A stretch of DNA of 61,386 nt, filler included. It is 15 parts of 15 records of this genome, joined end to end, with 100 filler letters (N's around TTAATTAATTAA, not from the genome) between each part and the next. Parts side by side here need not be neighbours in the genome. Positions count along the whole stretch, not along the records: positions 35,195 to 39,539 come from SRR15195285_13472; positions 39,640 to 43,484 come from SRR15195285_13507; positions 43,585 to 46,753 come from SRR15195285_13556; 12 more parts are not named here. One strand, written 5' to 3'. The position numbers and the translations under genes were made by a program. Positions 35,277 to 46,470 of the stretch are shown here, in pieces. The notes under the pieces were generated by a model that worked only from the letters and a program-made list of their open reading frames with translations, was not told the origin of the DNA and searched no databases. Position 1 is the stretch's first letter, and each line of letters opens with the position of its first letter.

Positions 35277-38200
35277 ATGCTTGGGCCGATGATGGCACGC
35301 CACATGTGCTATGACACAGTAGTGCAAATGCTGCTCCTCCCTGCAGTCGTGTCAGCGTCAGCGATCCCGGCCCCCACGTCGCTGTTGGTGGAGGGTCTCG
35401 AGGCGGCTGTGGCTGTCATCAGCGAGGCACAACCCCGCTTCAGTTTTGTGCATGGAGACACAGCCGAAGCGCTGCCGCGTGGGACCACACAAGCTTCCTA
35501 CCAGATCACGGTGTCACGCGTAGACGGAGGTCAGGAAGTGTGGGATAGTGGCGATGTCAAGTCGTCCAACTGCAGCCAGATTGCTTACTCGGGCACTGCG
35601 CTTACCCCCTTCACGCGATACCGCTGGACTGCTCAGTGGACGGCGTCGAAGGCTGCGGGCACATCAGCGCAGGCCACCTCTACCTTTGAGACGGGACCCA
35701 TGGCTGCCGGAGACTGGCACAACGCGAGCTGGTTGCAGGGCACGCAGAATCGCTATGAACTCGAGCTGCCAACTGCTGGTAGCACGGTCGTCTGGGCTCG
35801 CGCGTATGTTGCTGCCGTAGGCTGCCATTCCTTGGAGGTCAACTCGCAAATTCCCGCGCCAGATTTGCGTGGAATTTGTCCGTGGCCGGTGGATTCTCTT
35901 AACATACGTTACCAGACCAGAGATATCACAGCCCTGCTACAGCCTGGGAAAAATGGCATTGGATTGCTGTCTGGTCACGTGATGACTTCCAACTCCCGCG
36001 TGATGGCCCTCATACAAGTACACTTTAGCGACGGGAGCAACGTTACAGTCACCACAGGTGAGCCAGGTTGGATGGAGCGCCCGTCCTATGTTGTGGAGAA
36101 CTCCGCTTGGCACACCACTATCAACTGGACGCAACGCGAACCGGGCTGGTCTGGAGCCAGCTTCAAGGTTGGTTCGAAATGGAAAGACGCCACTGTGTCT
36201 CAGGAGCCAGGCAACCCAGCCATAGCGTTGCAGATGCCTCTGTCTGCGGTCCTCGGTGAGGTGAAGCCGATATCAGTAACAAGCGAGCCGAACGGTGATT
36301 TCGTATACACGTTTCCAAAAAACTTTGTAGGCACTGTCAAATTGCAAGCTTTGCCAGACGCAGAGCTTGGGTCAGAGATCAGCTTGCTACTGGGTGAGTG
36401 GCTAGGCGCAAAGCCTCCTACGCCGGTTCCGCCGACGCCAGCCCCACCACCAGCACCCACGACACCAGTCAAGTGCGGAACAGCCCCAGAAGGTGGTACA
36501 TTGATCCTAGGTGGGTGTAAGGATGGTGCTACTATCGATCAGGTGGAGTTTTCATCGTACGGAACCCCCACCGGAAACTGTCAGAAGGGCTTCAAGCCAT
36601 CAGCGTGCAACGATGTCAATTCTACTGCAACAGTTTCGCGTCTTTGCTTGGGCAAACCGACGTGCAAAGTTGTTGCGTCCAATGGGCAGTTTGGAGGCGG
36701 TGATCCATGCCTGAATGTTAAGAAGCTACTCTCAGCGTCTGTTCACTGCTCGGGAGACCCACCGGCACCACCAACTCCTCCGGTACCACCACCGGCACCG
36801 GCACCTCCGCCTCCACCTTCGCCAACCGACCAACGGTATCCGCTGATATCGGGAGGCCAGCAGCAGTACGAGAATCACATCTTGCAGCCAGGGAATACGG
36901 AGCAGCTAGAGACGTTGTTCTGCTGGCATGGGTTCATCTACGTCCGCGTCACTCCCAAAGGAAACACAGGTTTCAAAGGCACGTTAGACTCTATTGTCGG
37001 GCTAGAAATTCATACGAACGTCACCCAAACTGGCTACCTTGAGTTCGGCGGGCGGTCGTCGAAAGCCGCTGCTGCCGCGGATGTCCTCAATGGAATCAAT
37101 CAGATGACGTTGCAGAGCCAGCGTACAAATATTGCGGCATACATGCCCACAGGTGCGCTACCACTCAAGCTGCGTGAGCTCATAGCAGCAAGAGATTTTG
37201 AACGGAGTGGACGGCTGTTGTTATGGCTGCAAACAGATTGTCCGACTCGTGAGAAACATGGCTGGATGGTGATGCTCTAACTGCAATTTCGACTCTTCTT
37301 AGTTTGATGGGAATCTAGCGCTGGTATAGCTCTGAGTATATGTTCGTTGCCTGCAGGGTGATGCTCTCGATGCATCTGAGGAGGCACTGTACAATTTCAA
37401 CACGCTTGCTGTACACGAGAACTTCATGGAATTGGTCGATGAGAACCAAGGAGTCGGAGGCGATGTACCGTTTGTAATACCAGCTGGTAATCCCGGCAAC
37501 GGCAGCTGCAACGATATCGCATGGACGGCTGCCTATCCTTTGATCACGCATGATTTGTTCACGTACTACGGAGATTTGCGTGTGGTCGAGCGGCGATGGC
37601 CTTCACTTGTGCTTTACATAGAAAATCTCATTGCGCATGCCAGCGGTACCCCTGAGAAGCTAGCGGAGTGCGACCAGTTTCAGGACTGGCTGTGTGGAAA
37701 TTCTATGAGCTGCTGTGCAAATACTGGAAATACTACTGCCCCATTGTCCTGCCCCGTGTCTAACGAGATGGGTGCGTTCAACTACGTGCTGGCACTGAAG
37801 GCCATGTCTCAGATGGCTAAGGCACTAGGGAAAGTCAACGACTTGACGCGATACGCCGCACTTGCAGATGCAGCCAGGCAAAGCTTTCATTCTGTGTTTT
37901 ACAATGAGGTTGCTGGCACGTATGGAAACGACTTCGGAGCTGTTCAGTCGCTCACGCTTCCAGCCCTTGACATCGGATCCCCTCCCTCAGAACTGAGACC
38001 ACACGTTGTTCAGACATTGCAGAATGACCTTGCGCTGCGAACACAGTATCATCTTGCTGTGGGGGCAGTAACCTCGAAGATTTTGCTAAACGTGCTCAGT
38101 GACAATGGTCTACACAAGAGTGCGATGAGAGTTGCAACTCAAACAACGGAACCTTCCTGGGGATACTGGTGGACGCAGAACTCCACAACTTGCTGGGAAG

Positions 38201-39121
38201 CGTTTCCTGGTGGCGGCGATACACGCAATCATATTTTCTTGTGAGAAACCGCACCTTACCCGCAATCACATCCTTTTGTATAATTATATCCGCAATCACA
38301 TCCTTGAGCGGACGTGTAGGTGCGGAGGTGTCGGTGAGTGGTTTTGGAAGCACTTAGTTGGACTCACCCCCACACAGCCAGGGTTTGAGGCGATTCGTAT
38401 TGCGCCCGAGCTTGACCCGGACTATGGTCCTGGATCGCTGAACGCTACATTTCAATCGGTGAATGGGAAAATCCACTCGAGCTGGACCCTCCAGGATTCA
38501 GGCTCCGTGTCGATGTCCGTAGATATTCCGCTCGGTGTTCAGAACGCGACGATTGTGGTTCCTAAGCCCTTTGTCACATCTCCTACACCGCCCAAGCCGG
38601 CCCACCAGGTGTGCGGCTCTGCCAGTGAAAAAGAGGCATCATTGACACTGTATTGTAACTCGGACCACAGCAGTGACGGTGCTGTGATCGACAAAGTGGA
38701 GTGGGCGGCATGGGGTACTCCAGATCTTAATGGCGACTGTTCTGAATGGAAAGCCAACTCGACATGCAATTCCAACGTGACGGGCGCAGATAGCCCCTTG
38801 GAAATCGTTTCGGCCAACTGCACCGGCAAACCGAGCTGTGTTCTTGCCTTTGGCGGTGGTGGTCATTCCTCACTCGGCGACCCTTGCCCAGAGGTGGTCA
38901 AGACCCTTGCAATACGAGTCCATTGCACAGCGGGAGAAGGCGGGACCATATCTAGGCCGGCTGCCTTGGCCACGATCACCGAGGCAGGCCAACAAATATG
39001 GGACGGAAAGCAACTCGTTGGCAAGCCAGTGGGTATTCTAGCCGCAAGGGACGAACCCGATGGCGTGGCTCTAGACGTTGCTGGCAACAGCGACTGGGAT
39101 TTTGTGTCAGCACACGCGTAG
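35277..39121 (+). CDS. Secreted alpha-L-rhamnosidase (GH78) with two inserted SUEL/Gal-lectin domains
   Basis: GH78 motifs PRFSF, ARAYVAAVG, WHGFIYV, PTDCPTREKHGWMGDA, DIAWTAAYP, TTCWEAF and RNHIFLCGGVGEW. Introns ~37153-37236, 37269-37356 and 38241-38319. SUEL motifs SYGTPTGNC..CLGKPTC..FGGGDPC and AWGTP..CTGKPSC..GDPCPEVVK. Confidence 0.92.
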
Positions 39122-39876
39122 CTGGACAAGTACAGCGAGCAACGAGGCCACGGACTGTGACTATCGCGCTGACGGGGCGCAAAGATTCACGATGTAAATG
39201 CACAATGTTCTATAGTTCCTTCTCAGCGCAAAATTGCGACTCAGATGTGTACTCTGACGTGGTCCAAAAAGCGCTTTTGCCTCAAGTCGGGGCTTCCACC
39301 CCGGCCTCTGAACACCGGTAACCATCGTGGGAGCGCGCCACGCGACTCCGTTTTTATTGCATGACGATGCGTTGTTGGTTCGTCTTTGAATTTCCCCTAG
39401 TTACACGGGTGGAGTTGTTGTTGCCGTACTACTTTACAGTAGGCAATAGTGGGCACTACGGATCGCCATGCTTCCAGTTGCAATTTTGTTCCCTGGGTAA
39501 TGATTGAAATGACTGGGAGAATGGCTGACAAGCGGCAAANNNNNNNNNNNNNNNNNNNNNNNNNNNNNNNNNNNNNNNNNNNNTTAATTAATTAANNNNN
39601 NNNNNNNNNNNNNNNNNNNNNNNNNNNNNNNNNNNNNNNCTGTGCTGTGCTGTGAAGCATGCGTAGATTGACACTCAAATGTTGGTTCCAATTCCCAATT
39701 GGAACGCATACTGGACTCTCCCCATCTTTGGTTCTAAGATCTAGTACTCGTAGTACTACTATACCTAGCTCCGCATTTACTTACTCTCTACTTGCTAGCA
39801 GTATACTACCAGGTAGTTAGATCTAGTGTGCGAGGTCATGTTTGTTCGCTGCGAGACAGAGTGCGACAGAAAACAT

Positions 39877-42800
39877 TTACGGTCGTGGATCACCGATGGT
39901 AGCCTCAGTACTTCGTCCGTCCACATGAGCTGGCGGTACGAGAGGGCCATCCTCATCGTCGTCCGAACCCTCGGTGAGCTGGAGAGAGTGTGAAGGGTAG
40001 GGAGGGGCCTGGGGACTAATCGAATAATCGTCCTCTGAATCCTCGTCATCGTCGTTGCTGTTTCGGCTCATCGGCAACGAATCGCTAAAGAAGCAGCAAC
40101 AAGACACATAAGTGCAATCGGCCGCAAAAAACTCATGCTGCCCCTGGTACGCCAGTATGATGGCGCGACTCAAAACAGACTAGCTAAGCGGTCAGAATCC
40201 ATGGAAAGAGTGTGCAACCGTATCCCATGGAGTTTCGTACAGTTTCTTCCTCCTGGTGCTGCTGCTGTTGCTGCTGCTGCCTCCATCCAGCGCGTTTGAC
40301 CTGTGAAGACACGAGGGCAGATTATTGTTGATCGTGCTTGGTCGGGTTGCATCTATAGGTCTAGTCGACGGAGTCTACCTTCTAGCCACCTGCACCCGAG
40401 ACGACCGTAGATCACGGTGTTCGTCTCTAGGGCTTGCGCCGTTGCCTCCTGCTACCGGTTGTGGCTGCGATTCTTCTTCGCCGAACTTCCCCCGCATCAC
40501 GCCAACTAGAAAAGCGGCCACCTGACAACAGAGAAAATAAGCACAGGACGCACATTTCAAAATTGCAAGCACTATATAGAACGCAATATTTGCGACATTC
40601 ACTGTGCCTACACCTCCCTGCTTGACATCCAGATGTCTCCCTCTGTGTGCGGCACGCTCATGTGTGTTTCGTCCATCCTGTGTGCTAGGTGCCAGCATCC
40701 TACGTGCTCAGACTTACTGGGTGCTTCATCGTCTTGAGCAGTATGAGAATAATCACCATGATAGGAACACTCAACACCTGCGCTCGCGCAAGGCAGCCGG
40801 ATATGATGCAATTAGCATTGTGCCAATGCGAAATTGATCAAACCGTCGACATCAATCGGGTCGCAGAACGTACCGCTCCAGGCACCCCCCACAAAACAGA
40901 CCACAATGTAAGTGATGCCAGCACTGTGACCTCATGCATGTCGAATTTTTCTCCAAACAGGACAGGTTCGACCACATTTCCAACTAACCCTTGTAAACAG
41001 CCGGGTAGAAAAAAGGCAAGGAAGCCCGGTACTCTGTCAATGCAGCCGCGTGTTAGGTATGTGGATCCGTGCTATACGGCCACGCGCATGAGACATCACG
41101 AGAGGAGAAGTTGGCAGGTATCAAGCAACTACACAACGCACAGCGTCATATCTGGTTGAAAGAGAATGACTGGCACTGGAAGGAACGTCGCGATCACGCT
41201 GCCGACGATCGGAATGAAGTTGAGAAGAAACGCCATAAGACCGAACAGTGGAGCTAAATCCACACCACACAGGGCTAGAATGGAACCAGCAAAAACGCCC
41301 GTCGCAGCTGAAAGGCCGAATTTGTCTGCGATTATGTGCAGTTCATTTCGCGGTTAGTCATCGTCCAGCGGCTATGTTCGCCAAGATAGCCCATGAGTGC
41401 GCGCGCATGGTCACGTCACGTACAGTTGATGTAGGTACGCACTGCGTCGTCGAACTTGGCAAGCGTCGTAATCCTCGGATCCAACTCCGTGGTTTCAACG
41501 TTTTTGTCTCCCGGCGCTTCCCCAGCGTGCTCGCGAGCCTTCTCCATATCAATGCGCGCCCTTAGCAAGAAGCTTTTTTTCTCCATGAGCAGGTAGCACG
41601 CGAATAGGAGTACCTGCGCCAACGACAACAACAGCAACCACAGGGAGTTGATGTGGTTGGCCAATGCGCTGGTAGTATCTGCGTATCATCTAGATCTAAA
41701 CATACTCACGAGCGGCTGGGCGCGGCACAACGAAGCAACATGGGCTTGCAAGCGGGCTGGAGAGAGGCAGGCGGGGGGCGGAGAGAGAGAGAAGGAACGA
41801 GTAAACATACCAGCAAAAGATCAAAGACGAAACCACCGAGTGACGTCAGGACGACGAATGCGGCATCGACAAACGCAACACCACCGTCCTGCCCAGTGGT
41901 CTCGAGTACCTGCCCACAAGTGCCGCATGGGTCAATCCCAGACCACGCGTATGTGCAAGCACACATGCAATCAGGCATGCAGATAGCAGGCGTCCAGCGG
42001 CCGAGCGCCCAGATAGACAGGCAGCTCGATGCCTCTCACTTGATCAAGGTCGACATCGTACTCAAAAAGCGTGTCTCGCGTCGCGTTATACAGCTCGCTG
42101 TAGCGCTGTTGGTATTCTTCTTTCCGCTCAAGCATTTTATCGACAGCCTCAATGATCAAAATGACTATTCCAGCGAGAATTAGGATGAAAACAGCGTACG
42201 CAGATGCCACCGCAAGCCTGCGCACAATTGATGCGGGCGCATATTGTTGCGTTAGAGATGCTCGCAACAACGAGGTAAACAACAAAAGCGGACGAGTGGC
42301 GCAGCGCTGCGGCACGGGGGAACAATGAAACGCACCATCGCGGAAAACGCACGAGCAGCAGAGACTTGCAAAGACATCTCGCGGCTCCAGACGCCCTGTC
42401 GGGATTGGTCTTGCGATCACCAGTGCACCTGATGAGAAGCTTCCGGTAGCCGGGCATCTCTCTGTGGCGGTTCGACACGGCAGAGTTCCCCTGGTACATG
42501 GAACCGCACCAGTCCACACAGCACTCCCTGCCACAACAGATCAGCGGCCGATCTGCGAGCATCTCCACCAGCGGCTGCAGAAAGTACGAGAAGAAGATCG
42601 ACATGACCAGCGGCACAAGGATGAACTTGAGGTAGACAAGCAGGATTCCCATCGCGAGCACCGCGCACGTGATGAGAGCTGGATGGCTGACCTTCTGGTC
42701 AAACGTCAGCGAGGACCACGTCCCATGCTGGCTGCGTCGGCAGTCGCTAATGGCCGACAGGATCTGCACGCGGTCCCCGTAGCGGACCAGCTCCTCGTCG

Positions 42801-43099
42801 ATGTCGCAACTCGTCAGGTCCTCGTCGGTGCGCATGTCGAGCAGCGCCGAGCCCGTGATCTCGTGTTCCAAGAACTGGCTCCGCACGTGCTCCACGATCG
42901 TCGACGGAAACATCTTGCGCAGCTGCTCCGGCACCCACACGTCGTGGACCTCCTGCACCGTGTAGGTGTCGATCTGGCCGCGCACCCACGCCTTGGCTGT
43001 CCGCGGAGTGAGGAAGGGGCTCTCCGTCATCTCCATCTCTGCCTGCGGCGGCTCGCTCTCGCGAGACTCCTCCCGCTCCAGCCTCAGCGGGCTGGCCAT
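39877..43099 (-). CDS. AI-2E (UPF0118) family transporter with N-terminal SAM domain, multi-exon
   Basis: SAM-like YTVQEVHDVW..FLEHEITGSALL..YGDRVQILSAI. AI-2E motifs LKFILVPLVMSIFFSYFLQPLV, FDDAVRTYI, FGLMAFLLNFIPIVGS, GNVVEPVLFG, LWGVPGA and VLSVPIM. Acidic C-terminal tail; internal and 3' exon boundaries are approximate. Confidence 0.85.
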
Positions 43100-43177
43100 G
43101 CTCACAATTCCCCGAGGCCGTCACTTTGCGACCAGCTGCCCAGGGTGCTCTCACAGCGGGCTGGCCATGCTCATAAT
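43085..43177. repeat. 24-bp direct repeat duplicating the AI-2E start region
   Basis: CAGCGGGCTGGCCATGCTCA(C/T)AAT at 43085 and 43154 (period 69 bp). Confidence 0.85.
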
Positions 43178-44008
43178 CATAACTGAAAAGCAAGCTCTCA
43201 CGGCCCGACCATCACCGCCAAGCGACTGAATCGCGAGAGACCTGCCGTAAAGTGGCGAGATCTTTCGAGCAGCGCTGCTTGCTACGTTCCCAGTAGATCC
43301 GTCCCGTAGACCCGTAGACCCGTAGTCGCCAGCGCAGCGCTATACACAGAGAGCTTCCTGAGCAGCCGAACAGCGGGTGCACTCACGCTTCAACTCGGAG
43401 ACAGGCCGACAGGCAGGTACACAGACACCCACCACACACATGCAGAGGAGACAGAGCCAGCCAGACCGACTGACCGACTGACTGNNNNNNNNNNNNNNNN
43501 NNNNNNNNNNNNNNNNNNNNNNNNNNNNTTAATTAATTAANNNNNNNNNNNNNNNNNNNNNNNNNNNNNNNNNNNNNNNNNNNNTTTGTAGTGATCTCGG
43601 GGTATAGCCCTTTTAAAAACCGGTGTCATCCTGTGTCACGAGATGCGTCCCACTATCGTTGCCCCCAGCCAGAACGCGTAGCTGTAGCTATGAGAGCTCT
43701 CTAGTTAACGAAGAGCTGAAGCTGTTTGTAGGATGAGAACAACGGGTCGATTTTAATCTGGGCACTGTGCTGGGTACTCGGTACTCTACGTACACGTTGC
43801 TCAGCAGTCATCGATCGCGCGGGTGCGGTGCATGATCGATTAATTTGCCGCGTGCGCGTGCGCGTATGAATGCACCACGCACCGCGCACACTAGACATAT
43901 ACGAAATCGATACGCACGCCCCACCTGTGTTCACAAAACAGCATAGAGCCCTTGACTGCAGTCACAGCTGTACCTTGCTGACGCGCGGGAACAGCGGTCG
44001 GCGCCAGA

Positions 44009-45301
44009 ATGTCACGGTCGGCGTGCCTTCGACTGGTGCTGCTCGTCGCCACAGTCGCCGTGCTTTCACCTTCGAGGAGTGCTCAGGCGCAGGCTACTGT
44101 AGTGCCTAGCTCCCCTGTCATGCCGCTGGAGCTGCTGGATGCGGCGGATAGTACTGCGTCAGGATCGGTCTGTTTGGACGGCAGCCCGCCCGGCGTGTTC
44201 TACCGCAAGGCGGCAACGGCTGCCGCCAACACATCGTGGGTGATATACCTGCAGGGCGGCGCCTGGTGTACTTCGGTATCTGACTGCGCAGGTCGGGCGA
44301 AGGGGCACCTGGGCAGTTCGGCGCACTTCCCGCCAACTCTCGGATTTGAGGGAGTCCTCGACCCCAACCCTGCGGCCAATCCGACTTTCGCTAACTTCCA
44401 TCACGCACTGATCCCGTACTGTGACGGCGGGTCTTTCGCCGGCGACGCAGCAGCCCCTGTTGCATTGAATGGCACCAATCAGACGCTGTTCTTCCGCGGG
44501 GCCCGGGTGCTGAGGGCAGTACTTCAGTACTTAGCTGACAAGCACGGTCTGGCGTCAGCAACTCAGGTGCTATTTGGTGGTGGGAGCGCTGGTGGTCTTG
44601 CGACCTACCTTGGGGCTGATCGTGTTGGCTCGTTGCTGCGAGACATGGGCGCTCCTCTTACAAAGTTTCGCGCTGTGCCCGTGAGCGGCTATTTCTTGGA
44701 CCACCGGGTGGACGGTGGCACTGGCGACCACGCGTTCGGCGAGTCAATGCAGGCGATGAGCAATCTGCACAACTGCTCTGGAAATGTTCCACCTGCGTGC
44801 ATTGCATCACTGCCGCTGAGCGAACAATGGCGGTGTGTTCTCGCCAACTATTCGTACACGCATTCACGCACCTCGATGTTCCCATTAAACTCGGCCGTCG
44901 ATCTGTACCAGCTCTTTGCCATCGCGAGACTGGGAGGATGGGATGCTGGATGTCTGAATCGCGGGATACAGTTCAAGAACTGCACCAACGCACAGCTGCA
45001 GAACATCAAAGCATACTCCAAGTCGTTTGTTTCAACGCTTTCCTCGTCACCGAAGTTCAACCGGCCTGGAGAGGGTGGCTTTATCACCAGTTGTCTCGAG
45101 CACGTGGCCGCGCAGACTTCAACCTTTTTCGACAACTACACCATCAATGCAGTTTCGGAGCAAGAGGCGCTAACACGGTGGTGGGAGTCTGACGGTGCTG
45201 ACCCAGCATCCAAGCATTGGAGCATGCCGTGCACCTTGAGCGATTCCCCGCCACACCAATGCAATCCAAGCTGCTTCCCGGCCACTGCAGGCCGCTCTTG
45301 A
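44009..45301 (+). CDS. Secreted pectin acetylesterase/Notum-family esterase (CE13)
   Basis: Signal peptide; CLDGSPPG, YLQGGAWC, YCDGGSFAGD, GGSAGG nucleophile elbow, D.YQL, FITSCLEH and terminal CNPSC. Intronless. Confidence 0.93.
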   Translation: MSRSACLRLVLLVATVAVLSPSRSAQAQATVVPSSPVMPLELLDAADSTASGSVCLDGSPPGVFYRKAATAAANTSWVIYLQGGAWCTSVSDCAGRAKGHLGSSAHFPPTLGFEGVLDPNPAANPTFANFHHALIPYCDGGSFAGDAAAPVALNGTNQTLFFRGARVLRAVLQYLADKHGLASATQVLFGGGSAGGLATYLGADRVGSLLRDMGAPLTKFRAVPVSGYFLDHRVDGGTGDHAFGESMQAMSNLHNCSGNVPPACIASLPLSEQWRCVLANYSYTHSRTSMFPLNSAVDLYQLFAIARLGGWDAGCLNRGIQFKNCTNAQLQNIKAYSKSFVSTLSSSPKFNRPGEGGFITSCLEHVAAQTSTFFDNYTINAVSEQEALTRWWESDGADPASKHWSMPCTLSDSPPHQCNPSCFPATAGRS

Positions 45302-45377
45302 GGCAGGCACAATGGAACCAAGCGGGAAACCACGGCGGGCCGCTCTTGAGTCAGGCACAACGAAACCAAGCGTGAAA
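45290..45377. repeat. 48-bp-period tandem duplication spanning the esterase stop codon
   Basis: ggccgctcttgag(g/t)caggcacaa(tg/cg)(g/a)aaccaagcg(g/t)gaaa at 45290 and 45338. Confidence 0.85.
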
Positions 45378-45522
45378 AGTGAATCGAATTGCATGTAATA
45401 TCGGCACTAAATTCAGTCAATTGAGTGCGCGCGTTTGCACATACTGGCACTGCCTGGGCATCCGAGCATGAGCACCAGCATAAGGCCTGTGTAACAGTGG
45501 TGGTCTGGACTCGTTGCCATCC

Positions 45523-46470
45523 TCAGCGTCTGCTTGACGCCAGCACCCTCTGGCCTAGCTGTGCCGCAGCAAGTCCAAGCGCGAATCCAAGGGCCAACGT
45601 CACGGCCGACTCCACGGCGGCCGTGGAAGCGCTAGTGCTTTCAGCATCGTCACCCGACAGAACCTCGAGCGCCTCGCGGTGCAACGCCTTGCTCGCCGCT
45701 GCAATGACCCTGCCTTTCGATGCACTATGGTTGGTCAGCGTTAGCCGGCGCCCCTCCCAGTCGCTCATGACTCCACCCGCCCCCTCAACTACGGGAACGA
45801 GCGCACAATAATCGTACAGCCCCAAGTCAGCCTCCACGACCAGGTCCGCACCAAAGCCCGACGCAACCAGCGCGTAGGCATAACAGTCCGCTCCATACAG
45901 TGGGCGTTTCACCAGATCACACATCTTGCTGTAGCGCTGCTGCTCCACCCCGGGCGTGAACATATGTGGCGTTGTGGAATACATCATCGCCTCGTCTATC
46001 GTGGTAGCGCCGCGCGTGTGGACCGGTTTGGCGTTCAGCGTCGTCTGTCGGCCCACGACACCGACCCAACGCTCATCCAGGACGCACTGGTCAATTACAC
46101 CGAGCACAGGCACACCTTCGTGCAGGCATGCGATCAGTGTGCCAAACAACGGCTTGCCAGTGATGAAACTCTTCGTGCCATCAATGGGATCCAGCACCCA
46201 AACCATCGACGCGTCGGTGCGCACTGCGCCAAACTCCTCGCCGTATATCCCGTGCGCCGGGAACCGCGCCTCGATCTGCCCCCTCATGGCCAATTCTGCT
46301 GCACGGTCGGCCTCAGTCACCGGGCTTTCGCTCTCCGTCCCACGCTGCTCGATCTTGGATTCGACTTCTATGGGTCGGCGCCAGTACGGAAGAATCACAC
46401 TGCGTGCCACGTCGGCGAGCTCGCACGCAAAGTCGCGCAACCCCGCCAGTTCAGCAGGCGAGAGCGCCAT
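45523..46470 (-). CDS. hisN: Histidinol-phosphate phosphatase, inositol monophosphatase family (HisN/IMPL2), with C-terminal hydrophobic tail
   Basis: SPVTEADRAAE, HGIYGEE, WVLDPIDGTKSFITGKPLFGTLI, YGADCYAY..ASG, YDYCALVPVVEGAGG..DW.G. ATG at 46470. Confidence 0.92.
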   Translation of the reverse strand: MALSPAELAGLRDFACELADVARSVILPYWRRPIEVESKIEQRGTESESPVTEADRAAELAMRGQIEARFPAHGIYGEEFGAVRTDASMVWVLDPIDGTKSFITGKPLFGTLIACLHEGVPVLGVIDQCVLDERWVGVVGRQTTLNAKPVHTRGATTIDEAMMYSTTPHMFTPGVEQQRYSKMCDLVKRPLYGADCYAYALVASGFGADLVVEADLGLYDYCALVPVVEGAGGVMSDWEGRRLTLTNHSASKGRVIAAASKALHREALEVLSGDDAESTSASTAAVESAVTLALGFALGLAAAQLGQRVLASSRR

